Both the position numbers and the translations under genes were made by a program. A DNA stretch of 64,000 nt from Octopus sinensis (lineage: Eukaryota), in assembly GCF_006345805.1 (NCBI RefSeq), contig NC_043003.1, positions 65,038,001 to 65,102,000 of the forward strand, in the 5' to 3' direction. The notes under the pieces are model-generated. The model saw nothing but the letters and a program-made list of their open reading frames with translations. It was not told the origin of the DNA and did not search any database. This document shows, one piece after another, positions 37,691 through 52,173 of the stretch (position 1 is its first letter; each line of letters starts with the position of its first letter).

Positions 37691-38489
37691 AAAAAATATA
37701 TATATATAATGCTTACATATATGCCTGTATATAATTTATATATATATACATATACATATATACACAAATGTATGTATGTATATGTATACATATATTGCTA
37801 TATTTCAGGATGATCATATATTTTCTTGCCAAATAAAGACACGCGCTATACATTCGTTCTTCATTTCTTTATAATTATTCTTATTTTATGTCCTTTGTCT
37901 AGAAATCTTTCTTCACACATCCTGTGACCTCTTCAGCGACTGTCCATCCCACGTATCTCCTCCTGTTATGTTTAGTCTATATACATATATCCTCATATAT
38001 ACATATATATGTGTTTATGTATATATTCAAATAAAAATTTGCGCGCGTGCGTATGTAGTGCGTATAAAGACGCCCATATATGAATTATGTTATTTCTTCT
38101 TCACAGATTATTCTTCCTACTGGTGCATGCACTATAGTTTTTAGATACAGTGATTTATATTTTGAGCTAAGTTAGGTATTATTGAATATGATAGTTTTTC
38201 TGTATAGCTATTAGATATTTTATAGCATTTATATTTGGAGGGAAGTTTTTCTTGGAATTTCAAAGAGCTGGCTATGTTAATATTGACATAAATGTATAAG
38301 TTCCTTTTGTGGTTTTCTTATTTCTGCTTAATATGTTAGTAGTTACTCGTTGGTTTCCAAATATGTTACTCTCTTAGCATCGTCTTTCTTCGTATTAATC
38401 GTGCTATTCAAAGATGCTACCCCCAGAAGGATCATTGTAGTGTCCATCATTATTACATTTTCGGTCTTATTATTCTTATAATTGTTAAG

Positions 38490-38705
38490 GTAGCCAGACG
38501 GCAGAATCGTTAGCATGTCGGAGAAAATGTTTAGTGACATTTCTTCGGGTTCTTTACTTTGTGAACTCTAATACCACCGACGTCAATTTTATCTTTCATC
38601 CTTTCGGAGCTGATAAACTGTAGTGCCCGTCGAAGAGTGGGGTCGATTGCATTGATTAAGCTGCCTACCCTCAAAATTGCTAAGTTTGTACCAAAATTTC
38701 AAACT
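38490..38705 (+). mobile_element. SINE family A, degenerate
   Basis: GGCAGAATCGTTAGCATGTCGG...CTTTCATCCTTTCGG. Confidence 0.65.
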
Positions 38706-40804
38706 GTTATTCTTGTGATAATGATAAAAATTCAGCTTCGCATTTTTAAGGTTGATTTTAGTTTCGTTCTTACGGGGAAATGACGGTTTCATAGAAATAG
38801 TTCCATTTCCATTAATATTTCCAGTAGTTATACTAATCAATTTTTGACATTTCAAATAAAGCTATTATTTGCTTGCGCCACTGACCCTATTTGAACTTAA
38901 TACCCACCACATTCAACTAAATTTCCATTACTCTATCGATCACGTCGTCTGCTTTCTTCCTATATGGACCGATAGATGCAGTGTTTATTCTATGATTAAA
39001 CAATATGTTGCTAATACAGTATTATGTGCATAGTTTGTGCTTGTCAATAACTGAATTAAGCGATACTCTTTTGTTGATTGCTGTGTGAAAGTTTTGCTAA
39101 TTCCGGTTGTAGTGGATAAATGCGTTGCTATTTAAACAAGTCTTAAAATATGTTACGGTATCACTTACATTTCTTTTAATTCTGCTTCTAGTGACCAAAA
39201 TATCATCGCCATTTTCTTTGTGTGGAAAATGAAAATCAGAGAATGATGTTTTATGAAGGTTTTAATGCGTTAATAGTTTACCAGTTTTTTTTTTCCCCAC
39301 TGGTGTTGAAATAAAAAGCAAAACAAAGCAAAATATAACAAACTAAACACCAAGTTTTCACCCATCAACACACATGCGCGCACACACAAACACATGCAGA
39401 AACACACGCATGCACATTCACGCATGCACACTCACATATACACACACAAAGACATCCATGTCCACACCTTCATACATATTCACACACATACATCGAGGAG
39501 TTGAAAGTGCGACCGGAAACAGTCCATCCTACGAGGTTACTGATCATTAGAAAGTTGTTACTCCAGTTTGCAACACGCCATCTTGTTGTAGAATTCTAGT
39601 CAAAATGGTTATTACTCCACTGTCATCACGCCCATGCAAATGCAATCTTTTGATTTATTATCAAGCGCAAAATATGCATTACATTTTGGAAAAGTTGCCA
39701 ACAAACGTAGAAACCCTACCACCCCTCCGTTATATTCACCCACCTCTTCTTCCCACCTTTATCCACAACTTCGACAGCTTCCACTGTGTAGCCATTTACT
39801 TTTATTTTTGTTTTGTTTTGTTATTACTGGATTTATTTGTTGATATTGCTTGATTAGATGAGTAAGTCTGCGAACACTTTCGCTTCATAACGCCCTTTGT
39901 TGACCTGTCTAGTTGACAAATTTGACAATAATTTGGGGTATTAAGATGAATAATGATTTTCGGCTGCTAAACGCTACTAATTTGTTCGCCCTGATACTAA
40001 TGAGCAAGCGTTTCCTCTTTCTATCTGATTGTTTCGCCTATTTTTCTTCTTCAGCCACTTTCAACGTCATGCTCCTTCCTCTGAACGTTGCACAAACAGC
40101 AAAGAATTGAAAAACTGGATACTTTTAAAGGAAACAAATAGAGGCATAAGAGTAAATATGAATTAAAGTGACTAGAGACAAAATAGAATGACAAAAAAAA
40201 ATAGATAAATAAATCGGAAGCAAAGGCTAATCGGGAAGAAAAAATTGAAATGTGGAACAGTGGGGTATGAAAATGAAGAATTCCCAGTGATAGGGAGAAG
40301 ATTAAACGGAAAAGAAAGTGCGGTAAACGAAGGAAATAAATGGAGTGTAAGAATGAGCAGTTCAGATTGAGATAAAGAGAAAGAATGAGAGATTTTGATA
40401 TTGGACGACAGCGGAGGTGAGGGGCAGGGGGGGGGTTGTATTTATTTTGGAAAAGTAAATGGATTAAAGAAGAATAAATTAAAGGTTTTACTTGATAATC
40501 TCTGCCACCAGCAGTGATGCTTTTTAAACAGATTTTTTTTCAGCCAAACATCGTTTCGTTTCTGCCAACAACAACCACAAAGAAAACAACAACAACAGCA
40601 CCTACTCCAGCAGCAGCAGCAGCAGTAGCAGCAGCGGCAGCAGCTGTATTAGAAACCACAAAAGTAATAAAAACAAGAAAAGTATCAATGAGGGCAAATG
40701 AGTAATGTCGATAAAGAATGAAAGCCAGGCTTCGTTTATTATCATCGTCGCCATCTTAATATATTGCTTTGATTTTCAAGTTTGTGTATTTGTGACTATC
40801 TTCA

Positions 40805-41260
<456 letters not shown>

Positions 41261-41869
41261 TATATATACACGCATACAGACATGCATACTTGCACAAACT
41301 CTCGGCCTCTTTTTCACACAAACACACACATACACATATATGTGTGTGTATGTGTGCGTGTATGTATGTATGTGTCTGTGTGTCTTTATGTGTGTGTTTT
41401 CGTATTATACAGTATTTTCTTTCTGGACATGGTGTATTTGTTGCTGTGTGTTTGTGACTCTTCTCAGTGAGTCTAAGGCCGGCTGCTGCGAGTTAAATTA
41501 ATGACAATTTTTCATCTAGCTGTTCAATTCCATTCATCTTTATCTAAATGTAAACCTAATTGACCACTTCTTGAACCTCCATTTCTTTCTTTATTTTGCT
41601 TTGTTTTCCCGAGATAAACCCGACTTCTGCCGCTTGATCATATCATCTGAAAGAATCAGCTGCACCATCAGCCCCAAATAAAACCCTTATTTTATTGGTT
41701 CGTTGTGCTTTCGGGTAAATTTTGTTTGAACTCTTACAATGTGTTTTGTTTTATTTATTTATCATCAATCGTATTTCTTTGACTTCATGAAAGACTACTA
41801 AGATAAAACATAATACAAAATATACGTCGTAGTACTGAATTAGAACCGGTTACTTTTACTCGAAAGAAG

Positions 41870-41933
<64 letters not shown>

Positions 41934-42259
41934 ATATATATTAGCAACTCTATCGGTTTGTGTATTTTTCTTTCTATATTTCCGTTGTAAAAGTTTTGTC
42001 CACTTTAGATTATAAAAATATGTTGGTTTCAAATTTTGGCACAAGGCCAGCAATTTTCGGGAGAGGTTAAATCGATTACAGCGACCTCAGCACTCGACTG
42101 GTACTTATTTTATCGATCACGAAATGATGAACGGCAAAGTCAACCTCGACATCATTTCAACTTAGAACAAAAAGTACAGACGAAATGCCACTAAGCGGCA
42201 TTATAACCATGTAATAACTATATATTATATTGTGTCTGATGAGAGACATTTTGCTTTGT

Positions 42260-42633
42260 TGGCACTCCGTCGGTTACGACGATGAGGTTTCCAGTTGATC
42301 CAATCAACGGCGTGAAATTAACGTGTAAGTGGTTGAGCACTCCACAGACACGTGTACTCTTAACGTAGTTCTCGGGGGAGATTCAGCGTGACACAGAGTG
42401 TGAAAAAGGCTGTCCCTTTGAAATACAGGTACAATAGAAACAGGAAGAAAGAGTGAGAGAAAGTTGTGGTGAAAGAATACAGCAGGTATCGCCATCACCC
42501 CTTGCCGGAGCCTCTTGGAGCTTTAGGGATTTTTCGCTCAATAAACACTCACAACGCCCGGTCTGGGAATCGAAACCGCGATCCTACGACCGCGAGTCCG
42601 CTGCTCCTAACCACTGGGACATTTTGCCTCCAC
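42260..42633 (-). mobile_element. SINE family C, full length
   Basis: Head GTGGAGGCAAAATGTCCCAGTGGTTAGGAGCAGCGGACTCGCGG...GGTTTCGATTCCC; tail ...CGACGGAGTGCC. Confidence 0.85.
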
Positions 42634-42804
42634 TCATTTTGCTTTAATGCTTTATTAATTGACACACTCACCAGTTCGATTTCCACTCATTTACTTATTT
42701 TTAAAAAAAATGTCCGTTACTTCTTGCAACCTCTCCAATAGTCGATTAGTTATGACAAAATCAAACCGATGAATCGGTGCAAAATAAATAAACATAAATA
42801 AATA

Positions 42805-42968
42805 TAGGTGCAGGTGTGGCTGTGTGATAAGTAGCTTGCTTACCAACCACATGGTTCTGGGTTCAGTCCCACTGCGTGGCACCTTGGGTAAGTGTCTTCT
42901 GCTATAGCCTTGGGCCGACCAAAGCCTTGTGAGTGGATTTGGTAGACGGGAACAGAAAGAAGCCCTTC

Positions 42969-43038
<70 letters not shown>

Positions 43039-43250
43039 AGGTATGTATGTATGTATGCATATGCTCATGTGTTTGTCCCCCCCCCCACCACCATCGCTTG
43101 ACAACCGATGCTGCTGTGTCTACGTACTCGTACATTAGCTGTTCGGCAAAAGTGACTGATAGAATAAGTACTAGGCTTACAAAGAATAAGTCCTGGGGTC
43201 GGTTTGCTCCAGCATGGTCGCAGTCAAATAACTGAAACAAATAAAAGAAT
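42805..43250 (+). mobile_element. SINE family B, full length
   Basis: Both halves with internal (TA)n(TG)n. Confidence 0.9.
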
Positions 43251-43478
43251 AAACAGAATAAACAGAATAATAAAGTAAAAGAAATTAGTAATTAAAGGAT
43301 GAAAAATAATCATCTTCAGAAAAAGGAAAAAGAGATAAAACGCTTTCTAGAATTACAAAATAAAGAAAACTCGAGTGAATATGGCGGACGCAATTAAGGT
43401 TTCTTTTAGTTTTGTTTTCTTTTAATTTGATCACGACATTTATAATTTATTTTTGATTGAGTTGATCGAACGAATCGT

Positions 43479-43846
43479 AGCACTCCGACGGTTTCGTCGA
43501 CGAGGATTCCAGTTGATCCGATCAACGGAATAGCCTCCTGCTCGTGAAATTAACGGGCAGGTGGCTGAGCACTCCATAGGCAAGTGTACCCTTAACGTAG
43601 TTCGCAGGGAGATTCAGTGTGATAAGGCTGGCCGTTCCAAATACAGGTACAACAGAAACAGGAAGAAAGAGTGAGAAAAAGTAGTGGTGAAAGAGTACAG
43701 CATGGGTCGCCAGCATCTACCGTAACCTCGTGGTACTTTAGGTGTTTTCGCTCAATAAACACTCACAACGTCCGGTCTGGGAATCGAAACCGCGTTCCAA
43801 CGACCGCGAGTCCGTTACTCTAACCACTGGCTCATTGCGCCTCCAC
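43479..43846 (-). mobile_element. SINE family C, full length
   Basis: Matches 42260-42633 and 63020-63400. Confidence 0.85.
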
Positions 43847-44299
43847 TGATCGAACAAATAGGAAATAAATGAATATGTTTCTTTTGTTATAGAACAAAGC
43901 GTGAAAATAGTCTTTGTGTCTTTCTAATATGTTAAGATTTATATTTCCCATAACTCTTGAACTTAAGCCAAGAAGAAGCCAGGCTCTGCTTGTTGATTCC
44001 TGCAAGTGGCACTGTGGTTAGGAATATCGTTTTGCAACCAGGTTCAATGCTATTGTGCGGCACATTTGGTGTCATCCCCCTTATATGTATGTATGTATAC
44101 GTATATATATATATATACAAGTGACATAAAGAACGATCTTTCATCAGTTGTCGGCTGTCTATCTACTCCTCATTTCGACATACATACACATATCTATATA
44201 AGTATGTCTATGTTTGTCTCCACCACCACTTGGAAACTGGCGATGATTTGTTTATATCCTCATGAATTAGGGGTTCAGCAAAAGAGAACGGTAGAATAA

Positions 44300-45035
44300 G
44301 CAACACAAAGTCGATCTTGGCGGAATTTGAACTCAGAACTTAAAGACGGACGAAATGCCGTGAAGCATTTTGCTCGCAATGCTAACGATTTAACACGTTA
44401 GCCGTTTTTATAATTAAAGAAATATTATTTCCTACTCTAGGAACAAAGCCAAAAATTTTGTGGGGAGGGGCCAGTCGATTAGATCAACCCCAGTACGCAA
44501 CTTGTACTTAATTTATCGATCCCGATAGGATGAAAGGCAAAGTCGACCTTGGCAGAATTTGAACTCAGAACGTAAAGACTGACGAAATACCGATAAGCAT
44601 TTCACCCAGCGTGCTAAAGTTTCTGCCAGCTCGCCACTTTTATATTCTTTTCTACTCTTGGTACAAGGCCAGACATTTTCAAGGAGGGCTGCCAGTCGAC
44701 CCCAATATAGAACTGGTACTTAATTTATCGATCTCGAAAGGATGAAAGTCAAAGTCCACCTCGGCGGAATTTGAGCTGAGAACGTAAAGACAGACGAACT
44801 ACCTATTTCCTTACGGCCCACAAGGGGCTACACACAGAGGGGACAAACAAGGACAGACAAACGGATTAAGTCGATTATATCGACCCCAGTGCGCAACAGG
44901 TACTTATTTAATCGACCTCGAAAGGATGAAAGGCACGGGTGACCTCGGCGGAATTTGAACTCAGAACGTAACGGCAGACGAAATACAGTTAAGCATTTCA
45001 CCCGGCATGTTAACGTTTCTGCCAGTTCGCCGCCA
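44300..45035 (-). mobile_element. Cluster of four head-to-tail SINE family A copies
   Basis: GGCGGAATTTGA(A/G)CT(C/G)AGAAC-like core recurs at ~44320, ~44550, ~44762, ~44947; mixed tail types. Confidence 0.85.
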
Positions 45036-46704
45036 TATAATTAAAGAAATATTGAGGTAGAAATATATGCGAGCTAACTCAGGGAAAAGAAATAATAAAA
45101 TATTTTAAACAATGTCTTAAATGACTTTTTTTTAAAAAAGGGGGCAACAATAATAACAAATGAAAAGAAACAATTAATGAGGTGGCTGAGTGAAGTATTT
45201 TGATGCTGACGTGTGGTGGTTCTTCTTTTGATACTTCACATCACATTTCTTAGCTTAAATTCGAGCAAGAAGAGGCAGCGCATATTTATTCAGCGTCATA
45301 TAAATTAATACCAGTAACGAAGTGTGGTAAGACGACGATCTGAAAGAAGCATTAGTCCGTTCGACATTAATGCTTAGCGACACCTCTGCCGTCTCATTCT
45401 GCACCCTCTGAGTTCAAATCCCGCCAAGGTCAACTTTGCCTTTCATTCCTTCGGGGTTGATAAAATATTGCACAGAAGATCAACTGGGACCGATATTATC
45501 GACTTGTCCTTTCTCTTTAAAATTACTGACCATGAACCCTATAAAAGACTGAATCAGTGAGATATTTGTGTCTTAAACATAGTTACTGCGCAGTATCAAT
45601 CACAGAAATACACTTCAAACTATCTTGGTTGGAAAACTAACATACAACCGTTTGCAAGTCTCTGTTGCATTTAATCAAAACGAAGCAACAATGTATAACT
45701 ACGAAGAGGTTTCCATTTCCTATCAAAATATCCCAATGATACTAATGTAAAAACAGAAACCGCAAGAAGGTATTTTGATTCTGGTTTGAAATAAACGAAG
45801 GTAGCCAGAAAGGTTTTATGAAATTACATCCTCAAGGACTATTTAGTTTTCTTCAGTTTCAAATAACTTCAAATCGAAATAATCTTTCACTAAATTTGTA
45901 CACTGCTGAGTTTAGAATTCAAAAGAACGATTCTGTGTTGATTCCAACAAATGACTTGGCTCAAAGCCTTGGAAACGAGGCAGCAAGCCAAGAGATTTGT
46001 TTTTAGAAAGACTGTGTGAAAGAATGACAATCTTTTACACGAAGGAATAAACTTATTATTTGAACTTGAACGACTTCATGACTTATTAGCTAGCCACTAG
46101 ATGACTCTGAACAGTAATATAGGCAATCAGTCTTTCTAATATCATATATCAACTTTCCTCTCTAGAATCCGTCAGTTTGAAATGAAAAGAAAACAAACGG
46201 TTCTTTCCAACTTGTTGACATATTTTTCAGATGATCACGCAGAAAAATAGCGAAACAAGATTTATTTGAAGCAAATATACTAAATGGCAAATGAATTGAT
46301 GAGGAAGATATATCGAACACGGCATTATTGATCTAAGGAAAGTAGCTTAAATAGTTGTTAGGATTTCTCCGATAAGAAATTATATAAATTAGAACTACAG
46401 CAAAGTTAATTCCTATAATTAATTACCGGGACAAAATACATTTTATCGCAATCTGATATTAACATAAAATGTGAGGATATCTGAAAAGAAAATAGAATCT
46501 GACTTGTGATTATCAGAACGGTATCATATTTTAAACAGCCTACTCGCTATTCGCCTTGAAATCTTTCTGTTCTATACCACAGTCGCTTCAATCATTAATC
46601 TTAGCATTAGTTGAGAGATTATTGAAATATTCTTTGAGTAAAATTGTACTTTATTTAATGTGTTAAATCTGATAAGTTTTTTTTTCCTTTAAATTTTATA
46701 TTAC

Positions 46705-47099
46705 TCTTTTACTCTTTTCCTTGTTTCAATTATTTGACTGCGGTCATGCTGGAGCACCGCCTTTAGTCGAAGAAATCGACCCCCCCCCGGACTTATTCTT
46801 TGTAAGCCCAGTACTTAATCTATCGATCTCTTAGCCGAACCGCTAAGTTACGGTACGTAAACACACCAGCATCGGTTGTCAAGCGATGTTGGAGACAAAC
46901 ACACACTTACACACACACACACACACACACATACACATATATACGACGGGCTTCTTTCAGTTTCTGTCTACCAAATCCACTCACAAGGCTTTGGTCGGCT
47001 ATAGTAAAAGACACTTGCCCAAGGTGCTACGCAGTGGGACTGAACCCGGAACCATGTGGTTGGTAAGCAAGCTACTTACCACACAGCCACTCCCGCACC
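46705..47099 (-). mobile_element. SINE family B, full length
   Basis: Reverse complement of both B halves. Confidence 0.9.
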
Positions 47100-47304
47100 A
47101 TTTTACACATATTTCGACCAGTGTATTTTCTGAAACTTCATATTGTTATATTTGATTGATATATTATTTATCAATCACGAAAATTAATGAAAACTGAAAT
47201 CGACTTCGATGGGATTAGAACTCTGAGCACCAAAGTTGTAAAATATTCTATACTGACTCTCCAACAACACTGTCAATTCACCGCCAACCTTAATATTTCT
47301 TCTA

Positions 47305-47520
47305 AAGGCGGCGAGCTGGCAGAAACGTTAGCATACTGGGCGAAATGCTTAGCAGTATTTCGTCCGTCTTTATCCTTTGGAGTTCAAACTCTGCCGAGGT
47401 TGACTTTGACTTTCATCCTTTCGGGAGTCGATAAAATAAGTACCAGTTGGACACTGGGGTTGATACATTCGACGTACTCTCTTCCCGGAACATGCTGGCC
47501 TTGTGCCAAAATTTGAAACC
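47305..47520 (+). mobile_element. SINE family A
   Basis: GGCGGCGAGCTGGCAGAAACGTTAGC head; flanked by degenerate minus-strand A copies. Confidence 0.85.
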
Positions 47521-47765
47521 AATATCCTTTCTCCCCGGAGATTTTAGCGGGGGAGAGGATAATCGATAATACCAGCTTCTGCTCGACAGGTACTTATTTT
47601 ATCAACCCCGCAAAGAATGAAAAGACACAGTTTGACCACGGTGGAATTTGAACTCAGAACGTAAAGAGCCGGAAGAAATATTACTGCTTATTTTATCCGG
47701 TGTAGTATCGACTTTTGCCACCTTGCCATCTTCCCCTACTTTGATATAAATGTATGAGACATATA

Positions 47766-48016
47766 CAGGGTGGCCTAGAATTCATGACTCGTTACTTATA
47801 TTTATTAATATATTAATATTTAATTAATAGTCTCATATTAAGAAATAAAAAAAATGAATTTAAACGGACGAAAGAGTGGCTGTATGGTAAGTAGTTTGCA
47901 TACCACTGGGTTCGGTCCCACTGCATGTCACCTTGGGCAGGTGTCTTCTACTATAGCCTCGGGCGACTAAAGCCTTGTGAGTGGATTTGGTAGGCGGAAA
48001 CTGAAAGAAGCCCGTC

Positions 48017-48066
<50 letters not shown>

Positions 48067-48319
48067 GTGTGTTTGCCCCCCTCCATCAATTGACAACCGA
48101 CGTTGGTATGTTTACGTCCCCGTAACTTAGCTGTTCGGCAAAAGGTACCGATAGAATAAGAACTAAGCTTACAAAGATTAAGTCCTGGGGTCGGATTGTT
48201 CGACTAAAGGCGATACTCTAGCATAGCCACAGTCAAAGAATAAAAGAATACGATAACAACAAAATACGCCCATTAAGAAATATAACAAATAAGTGAGTCA
48301 TGAATTCTGACCTACCCTA
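47766..48319. mobile_element. Tc1/mariner-type MITE with a nested SINE B
   Basis: TA|CAGGGTGGCCTAGAATTCATGACTC left and GAGTCATGAATTCTGACCTACCCTA right; SINE B occupies ~47872-48250. Confidence 0.6.
47872..48250 (+). mobile_element. SINE family B, full length
   Basis: GAGTGGCTGTATGGTAAG head through CATAGCCACAGTCAAAG. Confidence 0.85.
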
Positions 48320-48496
48320 AATATATTAAGGCTTTATATAGATCCCTATATTTGAGGTTTTATTAAGTTTGCAAGCTCTTTTATCATATGCACCGACTTA
48401 GAATTTGCATGACGGTGAGAATCAGGTAGAAAGGAAAAAAAAACACTTTACACCAAATAATACAATACATTCCGAATATGAAACATACTTGGTCTT

Positions 48497-48542
48497 GACA
48501 AGACGTTTCGGCTGATATACCCTCCCGCCTTCATCAGGTGTC
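48497..48542 (-). ncRNA. Minimal hammerhead ribozyme-like motif
   Basis: Minus strand GACAC-CTGATGA-AGGCGGGAGGGTATATCAGCC-GAAA-C-GTC-TTGTC; stem II GGC.G/C.GCC, loopless stem III ACGT, stem I 4/5 pairs. Confidence 0.6.
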
Positions 48543-48859
48543 TTGGAGAAATTTCGAACCCGTGTTTTCACTCCTAAGCATTTCGCTGGGCATATGGTGT
48601 AGTGGTTAAGACCGTAGGCTACTAAACCCAAGAAAAATACCTTAGGAATGAGAATGCAGGTTCGAAATTTCCCCAAGAAACTCGATTAAGGCTGGAGGGT
48701 ATAACAACAAAGAAGATGAGGACAAATATCAGTCAAATGTAAATAATGTAAATAATGTATACTTGGTCTTGTCAAAGAATTACTTTTAGTGTTTTCTTTT
48801 CTTCTAAAATATTAACTACAGAGCGGTGGGGATGGGTAGGGAAGTGGAGGGGTAAGAAT

Positions 48860-49066
48860 ATTTATTTCTTTATTACCCACAGGGGGCTAAACATAGAGGA
48901 ACAAACAAAGGGATTAGGTCGATTACATCGACTCCAGTGCGTAACTGGAAAGGATAAAAGGCAAAGTGGACCTCGGCGGAATTTGAATTCATAACGTAAC
49001 GGTAGACGAAACACCGCTAAGCATTTCGCCCACGATTTTGCTAACGATTTTGCCAGCTAGCCGCCT
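48860..49066 (-). mobile_element. SINE family A, tail 1
   Basis: Reverse complement of head and TGTTTAGCCCCTGTGGGTAATAAAG tail. Confidence 0.85.
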
Positions 49067-49268
49067 TGGAGGGGGTAAAAATATTAGTATTCTACCAAGA
49101 CAGAGTATTAGATAGAACTAGTAGACGCGTGATCTGACGGAGTCTTTCGTCTACACTAATACGTTTGTCTTATGCAGACAGCTTTATTTGTTACTGTTTC
49201 TGGGTTTTGTCAGACCGTCTTTCTTCTGTCTTTACTCACATCTGACTTTAACCAATTCTCATTGTCTG

Positions 49269-49310
<42 letters not shown>

Positions 49311-49549
49311 CACCTCTCTCCTCACACTCTCCCCCCTCTCTCTCCGTGTTTACCTGTCAGCTTAGCTGTTCCTGTCTCTATGATCTACAATGATTGCGCT
49401 AGCTGAGACAGACTTACACACGCACATAAAGAGAGCTATACACTCACACATACATTATTTCTAAGTTGTAGTTTAGAAATTAATTAGCCTCTATAATTAT
49501 TGTAAAGTATATTATACCACAAGTTGCTGAGTCTGTGTAAGAACGTATG

Positions 49550-50976
49550 TTAGTTAGTTAGTTAGTTAATTTTTTGGCTCAAAAAGCAAAAAGCAAGGTC
49601 ATGTAGGGGGACATGGAGTTATGTACAGGGTGGTGTTCATGTAAAGAGTTCAGGCCACTTGAGGTCAAGGGAGACTTTGAACCGAGCGGTCGTCGGCATC
49701 TTCACCATCTCGTCTGGCAGCTTATTCCACGGATTCGCAACTCGGACGGAGAAAGCCCTTCTCCTTCGATTGAGATGAAATCGTCGCAGATAGAGCTTTT
49801 CAGAATGACCCCGCAGCCGACGCTCTGGAGCAGGAGTGAAGAACAGCTCTTTCGAGAGGTTACACTTTCCGCTTATGATGTTGTGAGCAAGAATGAGATC
49901 TCCACGGCGTCGTCATTTTTCTAGAGAATAAAGGTCGAGCGTCTTCAGCCTTTCCTCATAAGACAAATTCTTAAGACCATGAACCATGCGGGTAGCCAGC
50001 TTCTGGACTCTTTCGAGATGCTGTATGTCTTTGAGGAGATAAGGAGAAGATGCTTGAATCCCGTACTCCAATATGGGTCTCACCAGCGTGACATAGAGCG
50101 GTAGGAATATGGCTGCTGTGAGCATTCCGAATGACCGTCGAATCAAGAACAGAATTCCGCGTGCTTTGTTGGCAGCATGGACGCACTGGGCCGAAGGCGA
50201 AAAGGAAGAATACCTCAAGATACCCAGGTCCTTTACCTGATCGGTCCTCTCCAGCAGCAGACGACCCGGCTCGAAATCAAGTTGAGTTGCAGGAGGAGAG
50301 CCAACAGGCAGATGACAGCACTTAGACACGTTCAGACACCAGTCCCATTCGTTAGACCACCTCCAAATTTGGTGGAGGCAACGACGAAGATCTTCTATAT
50401 CACCGCGAGGAGCGACCAGTTTGACATCGTCGGCAAATAGAAGGGTGTGTTGCGTGAGGTCGTCGGGCAAGTCATTTATGAAGACTAAGAACAATAAGGG
50501 CCCAAGCACTGAACCTTGAGGCACGCCACTGCTCGTACTGGAGACGTCGGACCGCAAACCATTAACTTGGACTTGGAAGGAGCGATCTGAGAGGAAGACA
50601 CGAACCCATCATACAATATCCGGATGGAAACTATATGCTTGAAGCTTGACAAGTAATAGGCGGTGGTCTACCGAGTCAAAAGCTTTGGCAAAGTCCAATA
50701 AAACGATGTCAACAGCATCACTATCATCGAGGAAGTTGGTCAAGCATGATCTCTTCGGCACGAAGCCGTGTTGGGAATCAGAGATAGAGGCTGTGTTTTG
50801 GAGATTATCGCTGTTCTCCATCGCCAATGACATATTGAATAGGCGTGTTAAGGGCTCGCAGAGGACCGGAGCCAACGCTTTGATAACCCGTGGGTGTATG
50901 CTGTCAGGGCCGTGACACTTGTTGACATTGAGGCCTTGAATAACGCGTTCGACTTCGTCCCGCGTGATGGCCAATC
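49550..50976 (-). mobile_element. CR1-type LINE, 5'-truncated, with (TAAC)n tail
   Basis: GPDSIHPRV, QHGFVPKRSCLTN, LDFAKAFDSV, SGVPQGSVLGPLLF, LFADDVKL, LVRPILEY, LSYEERL, RRRGDL, WNKLP; several internal deletions and stops. Confidence 0.9.
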
Positions 50977-51719
50977 GATAAATGTATGTATGTATGTATG
51001 TATGAACGTACGTATGTGTATATGTGTTTATATATGTACGCATGTATGTATGTATGTGTTCGCGCGTATGTGTCCGCGTTTGTGTGCGCGCGTGTCGACT
51101 TTTCTAAAGTGGTGATTGCGACTTGCGGAAAATTTTGGCTGCTATTTTTAGCAGATTAAACTCTCACAAAGAGATTACCTCGTTGACTTAACCGGGGTCG
51201 TTCTTCTTGCGGTATTCTTGTTACTCCATGTTTCACGTTGTCTATTTTTTCCGGACTTGAAGCGTTCTTAAAACATATATAGAGCTTGCAAATATAGTCA
51301 AACCAAGCTTGCTTTATCCTAACCATTTAAGATTTAAAAGCTTTACAATATATGATTTAACGTTTAATATATTCTTGACATGAAGATGGACATGTAAGAG
51401 AGAATATATATATAAAAAAAAATTGAGAAAATAACAAAAATTAAAACTGACGAATGCATGTCTGTGTGGTTTAGAAGTTGGCTTTGCAACCACGTGATTT
51501 TCTGGTTCAATAACTCTTCATCATGCCTGGGCCAACCGATACCTGTTGCATGAATTAGGTGTACAGAAACTGTGAAGAAGCCTGCCATGTCTATGTATGT
51601 ATGTATGTATGTATGTATGTATGTATGTATCTATCTCTCCTCTCTATATATATATATCTGTGTGTGTCTGTATTATGTATATGTATATATATATAATATA
51701 TATATATATATATAGATAT

Positions 51720-51758
<39 letters not shown>

Positions 51759-52136
51759 ACACACACGCACACACACACATACATATATTCGATGTGTGTG
51801 TGTATGTTTGTATGTGTGAGTGTATGTTTTTATGTGTGAGTGTTTTGCGAGTGTGTTGCGTTTGTCTCCTACCACCGCCGCTTGGCAACTAGTGACGGCA
51901 TATTTGTCCACGTATGCCAAAATTTGGCACAACAGATTTGGCGTTGCTATTAAAAATTCTGTCCTTACACTGTGAAATCTATTTCTTTGATTTAATAGAT
52001 AAAGTATATACTGAAACATTAAAAAAAAAACTGTTGAGTCGTTGGACTCATAGGAGGGCTACCCGTTTTCCACGGTGTATAAGTGACAGACATCGCAATA
52101 TATACTCTGAATGGAACTTTGGTCCATTGCAGAGAT

Positions 52137-52173
<37 letters not shown>

